A stretch of 64,000 bases of DNA from NCBI GenBank assembly GCA_963753435.1, contig CAVWCF010000002.1, positions 64,001-128,000 of the forward strand, in the 5' to 3' direction. Of the stretch, positions 59,405 to 64,000 are shown piece by piece. The notes below the pieces were generated by a model that was given only the letters and a program-made list of their open reading frames with translations, did not search any database and had not been told where the DNA came from. How positions within the stretch are numbered: the first letter of the stretch is position 1; each line of letters begins with the position of its first letter. The stretch is from an uncultured Actinomycetota bacterium. GTDB taxonomy: Bacteria; Actinomycetota; Actinomycetes; CAVWCF01. A program made the position numbers and the translations under genes.

Positions 59405-61275
59405 CAACCGCGCAGAGTTCTCGTATTCGCGAGGTGTTGTCCAACGGGGAGGCCCGTGCGCTGCTGGTGGCGCAGATGGTCAGCGAAATCGGCGATCAGG
59501 TTGCTCGCGTTGCGGTGGCCTACTTCGTGCTGGACCGAACTGACAGCCTGCTGTACGGCGCGCTGACGCTTGCCATCGCCTACGTGCCGGGCATCTTCGG
59601 CACCGCGTTCCTGGGAACCCTGGCTGATCGGATTCCCCGCCGCGCGCTGATGCTGTGGTGCGATCTCATCCGGGTCTTCCTGGTCGTGCTGCTGGCCTTC
59701 GTCATCGCCAGCGGGCTGCCGCTCATCTTGGTGTTTGCGCTCTTGCTGGTTGGCGAGACGGTCGCGGCACCCTTCGGAATCGCCCGGTCGGCCCTGTGGC
59801 CGGACGTGATGCCCCAGCGAGACCTGTTCGTCGCCGCGCACGCGCTGTCGCGGGCGATGTTCCTGGCAGCTCAGGTGATCGGCTTCGTGGCCGGCGGCCT
59901 GCTGACCCAAGCCATCGGCGTGGAGTTGGCCCTCCTGCTGGACGGTCTCACCTTTGTCGTCTCGTATGTCTTGATCCGCGCCCGGGTGAGCAGTCGTCCG
60001 GTCGCTGCCGAAGCCGGCACTTCGGCTTCGCGGATGGCCGGGGACGTGGCACAGGGCTGGCGGGAGGTAACGCAGGACCCGTTGCGGCGCTGGCTGATCC
60101 TGCTGGGCTGGTTCTCGGCGTTCGCGCTGATCGCCCCGGAGGCGGTTGCGCTGGGCTGGCGCCCCGACCTGAATGCCGCGATCGGCGGCATGCTCCTGGC
60201 CGCAGTACCGGCGGGGGCCGCCGTCGGATTCCTGCTTATCGCCCGACTGAGTCTGCCCAGGCAAACGGAGATGATCCTGCCGCTGGCGGCACTGTCATGT
60301 CTTCCGCTGTTCGCTGCGTCGATCAATCCGCCACCGGTTACGGCTGCGGCGCTGTTCTTCGTGGCCGGTGTCCTGCAGGCCTGGGTGCTGACGATTATGG
60401 CGGCGGCCACGGCGTTGACCGAGGCTCCGCTTCGGGGCCGGGTTCTGGGTGTCGCGTCGGCGGGGTTCAGCGCGGCGACGGCTTTGTCGTTTGCGGTCAT
60501 CGGAGCATTGGGTGACGCGATCGGCCCGGCCCGAGCGGTGAGCCTCGCCGGGCTGTTCGGACTTCTGGTGGTCGGGATCTTCTGGCGCGCTTCTCCCGGC
60601 GGTGCCCTCACCGATGCGGTCGCTGACACGGAACTGCTGTCTCTGGACCAGGAGGCCGTCGGTGACCTGATGGAAACCGTCGTGCCGGTCCTGCCGCCGG
60701 ATGACGCGACAGTGGACCTCGAGCACGCGATGGCCGGATTCACCTTGTCCGAACGGAACTCATGGAACCCGGCGACACAAAGCCCGGAGAGCCGCAGCGG
60801 TGACGCTCTTGGTCAGGACCCGGCCGGGGACATTGCCGTGACCCCGGAGACCGTGGCGGCGGCCGCTCCGCCGGCGCATGTCACCGAGCCGATTGGCACC
60901 CGAGTACCGCACTTGGATGACGCGCCGGTCGTGGGTCGGCTCGCGCCGATTCCCCGCACTGAGGTGACCGACCCGGTCTCGGCCCCGTTGCCCGAACCGG
61001 ATCTGCGATTCGCCGAGACCGCGTCCCTGGTGGTGGATGTCCCGGAGCCTGGCATCGAGCCGTCGGCGCCACCCGAAGTTGCCGTCGAGCCGACGGCGCC
61101 ACCCGAAGTTGCCGTCGAGCCGTCGGAGCCACCCGAAGTTGCCGTCGAGCCACCTGCCCGGGAGCCAGCGATGGCAGATCCGGCGATTGACATCCTGCCC
61201 GGCCGAGCAGCGCCGCTGCCCGAATGGCCCAGCGTTGACAAGGATGCGACCCAGCCCGTCCCGCGCATCGACTGA
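59401..61275 (+). CDS. MFS transporter (DHA3-like) with ~200-aa acidic Pro-rich tail
   Basis: SEIGD, GTLADRIPRR motif A, LRGRVLG; 12 TM helices then a low-complexity tail. Confidence 0.85.
   Translation: MTTAQSSRIREVLSNGEARALLVAQMVSEIGDQVARVAVAYFVLDRTDSLLYGALTLAIAYVPGIFGTAFLGTLADRIPRRALMLWCDLIRVFLVVLLAFVIASGLPLILVFALLLVGETVAAPFGIARSALWPDVMPQRDLFVAAHALSRAMFLAAQVIGFVAGGLLTQAIGVELALLLDGLTFVVSYVLIRARVSSRPVAAEAGTSASRMAGDVAQGWREVTQDPLRRWLILLGWFSAFALIAPEAVALGWRPDLNAAIGGMLLAAVPAGAAVGFLLIARLSLPRQTEMILPLAALSCLPLFAASINPPPVTAAALFFVAGVLQAWVLTIMAAATALTEAPLRGRVLGVASAGFSAATALSFAVIGALGDAIGPARAVSLAGLFGLLVVGIFWRASPGGALTDAVADTELLSLDQEAVGDLMETVVPVLPPDDATVDLEHAMAGFTLSERNSWNPATQSPESRSGDALGQDPAGDIAVTPETVAAAAPPAHVTEPIGTRVPHLDDAPVVGRLAPIPRTEVTDPVSAPLPEPDLRFAETASLVVDVPEPGIEPSAPPEVAVEPTAPPEVAVEPSEPPEVAVEPPAREPAMADPAIDILPGRAAPLPEWPSVDKDATQPVPRID
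61055..61151 (+). repeat. 30-bp tandem repeat x3 (EPSAPPEVAV)
   Basis: tcgagccgtcggcgccacccgaagttgccg units with single substitutions. Confidence 0.85.
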
Positions 61276-61299
61276 GGAGGACAGGGGAGCGCCAGCGAG

Positions 61300-61329
61300 T
61301 TGTCTCAGATATACCCCTGGGGGTATGCT
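61300..61329 (+). promoter_or_regulatory. Sigma70-type promoter with CsoR/RcnR-family operator
   Basis: -35 TTGTCT (61300), -10 TATGCT (61324); palindrome ATACCCC-TG-GGGGTAT (61311-61326) between them. Confidence 0.72.
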
Positions 61330-61336
61330 GGAGGGC

Positions 61337-61723
61337 ATGGAATCAGGCAGTCACGACGGCCACGGTCATGCCGTCCTCAACGAACTCTCGCCGCTGACCC
61401 GCGAACTTCGCCGCAAGATCCCGGACGTCTACGAGGGTTTCCGGGCGTTGCACTCAGCGGCGTTCGCCCCCGGGGCGCTTGACACGAAGACCAAGGAGTT
61501 GATGGCGCTGGCCATCGCGGTGGCGGACGGGTGCGACGGATGCATCGCCAGCCATGCCCGCGCTGCGGTCACCGCCGGCGCCAGCGAGCAGGAGGCCGCC
61601 GAGACGATCGGCGTTGCGATTCTCATGTCGGGCGGCCCCGGCACCATCTACGGACCCCGCGCCATGGCCGCCGTGGCGGAGTTCCGCACCGAGCAGACCC
61701 AACGAACTGGAGCGACCGTATGA
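61337..61723 (+). CDS. Carboxymuconolactone decarboxylase/AhpD family protein
   Basis: GALDTKTKELMALAIAV..GCDGCIASH, GAS..E..E.IGVAILMSGGP. Confidence 0.9.
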   Translation: MESGSHDGHGHAVLNELSPLTRELRRKIPDVYEGFRALHSAAFAPGALDTKTKELMALAIAVADGCDGCIASHARAAVTAGASEQEAAETIGVAILMSGGPGTIYGPRAMAAVAEFRTEQTQRTGATV

Positions 61724-62070
61724 AGCGCCTGCTAGCTGTCCTGTTGTTGTCGGTGTTGGCCGTAGCAGGCTGCTCCACTTCGGAGACGCCATCGGCGGAC
61801 ACCGCGTCATACACCGCGATCATCGACGTGCGCACGCCGGCTGAGTTCGCCACCGAGCACGTCGTCGACGCGGTGAACATTGACGTGCAGAGCGCCGATT
61901 TCGCCCAACAGATCGCCCAGCTGGACCCCAACGGGTCCTACCTCGTCTACTGCCGTAGCGGCAATCGTTCCGCCGCGGCGGCCACGCAGATGTCCGGCGC
62001 CGGGCTCACCGTCACTGACGGTGGGGGTCTCGGCGACATGAAGGGCGCCGGCTGGACCTTCACCAGTTGA
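61720..62070 (+). CDS. Rhodanese-like lipoprotein
   Basis: Lipobox VAGC; IIDVRTPAEF..H..AVNI; active loop YCRSGNRS. Confidence 0.9.
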   Translation: MKRLLAVLLLSVLAVAGCSTSETPSADTASYTAIIDVRTPAEFATEHVVDAVNIDVQSADFAQQIAQLDPNGSYLVYCRSGNRSAAAATQMSGAGLTVTDGGGLGDMKGAGWTFTS

Positions 62071-62122
62071 CACCTGCCGCGGCCCGCGATCGGCGACGAT
62101 GGCTCACGTGGACGGCGCGGAC

Positions 62123-62920
62123 ATGAGTGCTGTTGCAGCGGGCAGCGCGGCCACCCGCTGGCGAGAGCAACTGGCCGAGTGGGCGATTCCGCCAGCAATC
62201 TTGGAGCAGGCGGCGCAATCGCCGTGGTCCTTGCCGAAGGAGCTCTTCCGCGTAGAGGCCCCGGCTGAGGTGGACAGTCCCGCCACGGCGGCGGCTCGGG
62301 CGGCCCTGCCGGCAGGCGGCAGCGTGCTGGACGTCGGCTGCGGGGGAGGGGCTGCGGGCCTGGCGCTGGCCGACCGGGCCGGCGAGATCGTGGGCGTGGA
62401 TTCGCGGGCCGACATGTTGGCTGAGTTCGGTGCCGCCGCCCGTCGGCTCGGAGTGGCCTTCCAGAGCGTCCAAGGGAACTGGCCGGAAGTCGCCGATGAG
62501 GTTGCGACCGCCGATGTAGTCGTGTGCCACCACGTGTTCTACAACGTGGCTGAACTGGTCCCGTTCGTCCAGGCGTTGACGGATCACGCCCGGTTGCGGG
62601 TGGTGGTGGAGTTGCCTAGAACGCACCCGACCAGCCGCATGGCCGCCTTGTGGGAGCACTTCTGGGGGGTGATCCGGCCCTCCGGGCCGACTGCGGACGA
62701 TGCGGTGAGCGTCTTGCAGGAGATGGGCATAGCGCCGGAAGTGTCCACGTTCACTGCCCCCGCGCGGCGATTGGCCGACTTCACTGCCGAGGTGGAGCAG
62801 GCTCGAATCCATCTGTGCCTGCCACCGGAGCGAACCGGCGAAGTGGCAGCGTTGTTGGAGCGCATGGGGCCACCGGTGGCCCGGGAGTTGTACGCGCTGT
62901 CCTGGCCTGGCGGCGGCTAG
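62123..62920 (+). CDS. Class I SAM-dependent methyltransferase
   Basis: VLDVGCGGG motif I, GVD, ADVVVCHHVFY; start uncertain (62099 or 62123). Confidence 0.85.
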   Translation: MSAVAAGSAATRWREQLAEWAIPPAILEQAAQSPWSLPKELFRVEAPAEVDSPATAAARAALPAGGSVLDVGCGGGAAGLALADRAGEIVGVDSRADMLAEFGAAARRLGVAFQSVQGNWPEVADEVATADVVVCHHVFYNVAELVPFVQALTDHARLRVVVELPRTHPTSRMAALWEHFWGVIRPSGPTADDAVSVLQEMGIAPEVSTFTAPARRLADFTAEVEQARIHLCLPPERTGEVAALLERMGPPVARELYALSWPGGG

Positions 62921-63774
62921 AAGGGCGAGATGTCCGGCCAGTCCGTGCCCAGGCCGGCGGCCTGGCGTGCGGCGACGATCTGGTCGTGGCCGTAACGGAC
63001 CTTGAGCATCTGGTCGACCCGCTCGTTGCCGATCGCCTTGCGGCTGATCACGTTCATCGGGTCGAGGATGTAGCCGTAGGTGCGGATGCGGTGGTCGCGA
63101 TCCATCATCGCCAATCGCTCATCCTGCGGCACCTCGGTCGCGTCGTCCAACCAGCTCAGCCAACGCTCCACGCGCTTGGTGACTGCACCGCGCAGCAACT
63201 CGACGGTCTCCTTGGACCGCTCGGCGGTGTAGGAGTGGGCGACGGGAGAGTTGAACGCGCGCATGTAGGTGCCGTGGGAGACCGACCAGGTGAAATGCGT
63301 GTCGCCACGGAGCTTGAGGAAGTCGGGGTCCTCTTGGGCGTAGTACTTCTGCAAGTACTCCGCGTCCACCATGAGATCGCGACGGGGGACCAAGTCGGAG
63401 TAGTAGAAGATGTCCGGGATCGTGCCGAAGACGAAGACCAGGTGCGGCACGTCGATGCTCTGATCCAGCCACACCTGCAAGTTCATGTCGAGGATCGAGG
63501 CCTTGCGGTTGCCGATCCAGGAATGCGCCATGTGGTCAACGCCGGGTCCGGTGTAGGTCTGCATCGAGCCCTCGAACGAGTCGTCCTCGGTGGACCAGTA
63601 CTCCAGGCCGGCGCAGGAGGCTTGCACCTGCAGGTCCGGGAACCGGGCCACTACCTTTTCTTTGACGTCGGTGAGGATCCCGAAAAGGTCGCGGTGCGTC
63701 TCGGTGACGTCGACGTCCGGGTTCTCCGCGAGGTACTCGTGGATGGTCTTGGTCTGCGGCACGGCTTCAGTCAT
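62917..63774 (-). CDS. Red chlorophyll catabolite reductase-like (ferredoxin-dependent bilin reductase superfamily) protein
   Basis: HSWIG..NLQVWL...VPHLVFVFGT..FYYSDLVPRRDL..D.EYL.KYY...SP...RD pattern recalls plant and cyanobacterial RCCR. Confidence 0.65.
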   Translation of the reverse strand: MTEAVPQTKTIHEYLAENPDVDVTETHRDLFGILTDVKEKVVARFPDLQVQASCAGLEYWSTEDDSFEGSMQTYTGPGVDHMAHSWIGNRKASILDMNLQVWLDQSIDVPHLVFVFGTIPDIFYYSDLVPRRDLMVDAEYLQKYYAQEDPDFLKLRGDTHFTWSVSHGTYMRAFNSPVAHSYTAERSKETVELLRGAVTKRVERWLSWLDDATEVPQDERLAMMDRDHRIRTYGYILDPMNVISRKAIGNERVDQMLKVRYGHDQIVAARQAAGLGTDWPDISPF

Positions 63775-63860
63775 GCGGGGACCTTAGTCGGACCCAATTT
63801 CGGCCCACGACCGACCTAGGTCCCTTCTTGGCCGACGTAGCCCAGGCCCGCCAACGAACG

Positions 63861-63893
63861 ACGGAGGCCCCTGGGGAACCCAGGGGCCTCCGT
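63861..63893 (-). terminator. Intrinsic terminator after glnA1
   Basis: 15-bp perfect stem ACGGAGGCCCCTGGG-GAA-CCCAGGGGCCTCCGT. Confidence 0.85.
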
Positions 63894-63929
63894 CCCGAAC
63901 AACTCACTGGTGAGCCGGTCGGCAATCGA

Positions 63930-64000
63930 TCAGATGTCGTAGTACAGCTCGAACTCGTGCGGGTGCGGACGCAGACGGATCGGGTCGACCTCGTTGGTGC
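63930..64000 (-). CDS. glnA: Glutamine synthetase I (GSI-beta) C-terminus, partial
   Basis: ...NEVDPIRLRPHPHEFELYYDI* is the canonical GSI-beta end. Confidence 0.92.
   Translation of the reverse strand, partial: TNEVDPIRLRPHPHEFELYYDI

Overview
High-GC actinomycete chromosome segment. The core gene order is: Acg nitroreductase and USP under a DosR-like box, tRNA-Arg, the fasR-fabD-fabH-acpP-fabF-accD operon, aceE, DUF3052, peroxiredoxin, tRNA-Val, Nif3, zinc-ribbon protein, RNase H/phosphatase and rnpB. After an accessory block it resumes with marR, map, a histone-H1-like gene, npdG, panB, an MFS gene, nadE, glnA2, glnE and the 3' end of glnA1. Just after rnpB is an ~0.8 kb decayed insert flanked by a 22-bp near-duplication of the rnpB 3' end. 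A ~25 kb accessory Wzx/Wzy surface-polysaccharide locus follows. It carries two cytidylyltransferases, a CDP-alcohol phosphotransferase and a CapK/oxidoreductase trio. Three of its secreted proteins share six copies of one ~165-aa module (some copies identical at DNA level), and a CWB2-anchored glycine-rich protein lies at its edge. Near the right end are a CMD-rhodanese-methyltransferase operon with a CsoR-type operator and a red-chlorophyll-catabolite-reductase-like gene. Six genes carry +1 frameshifts, which most likely reflect sequencing or assembly error. All calls come from reading motifs by eye; no database searches were run.
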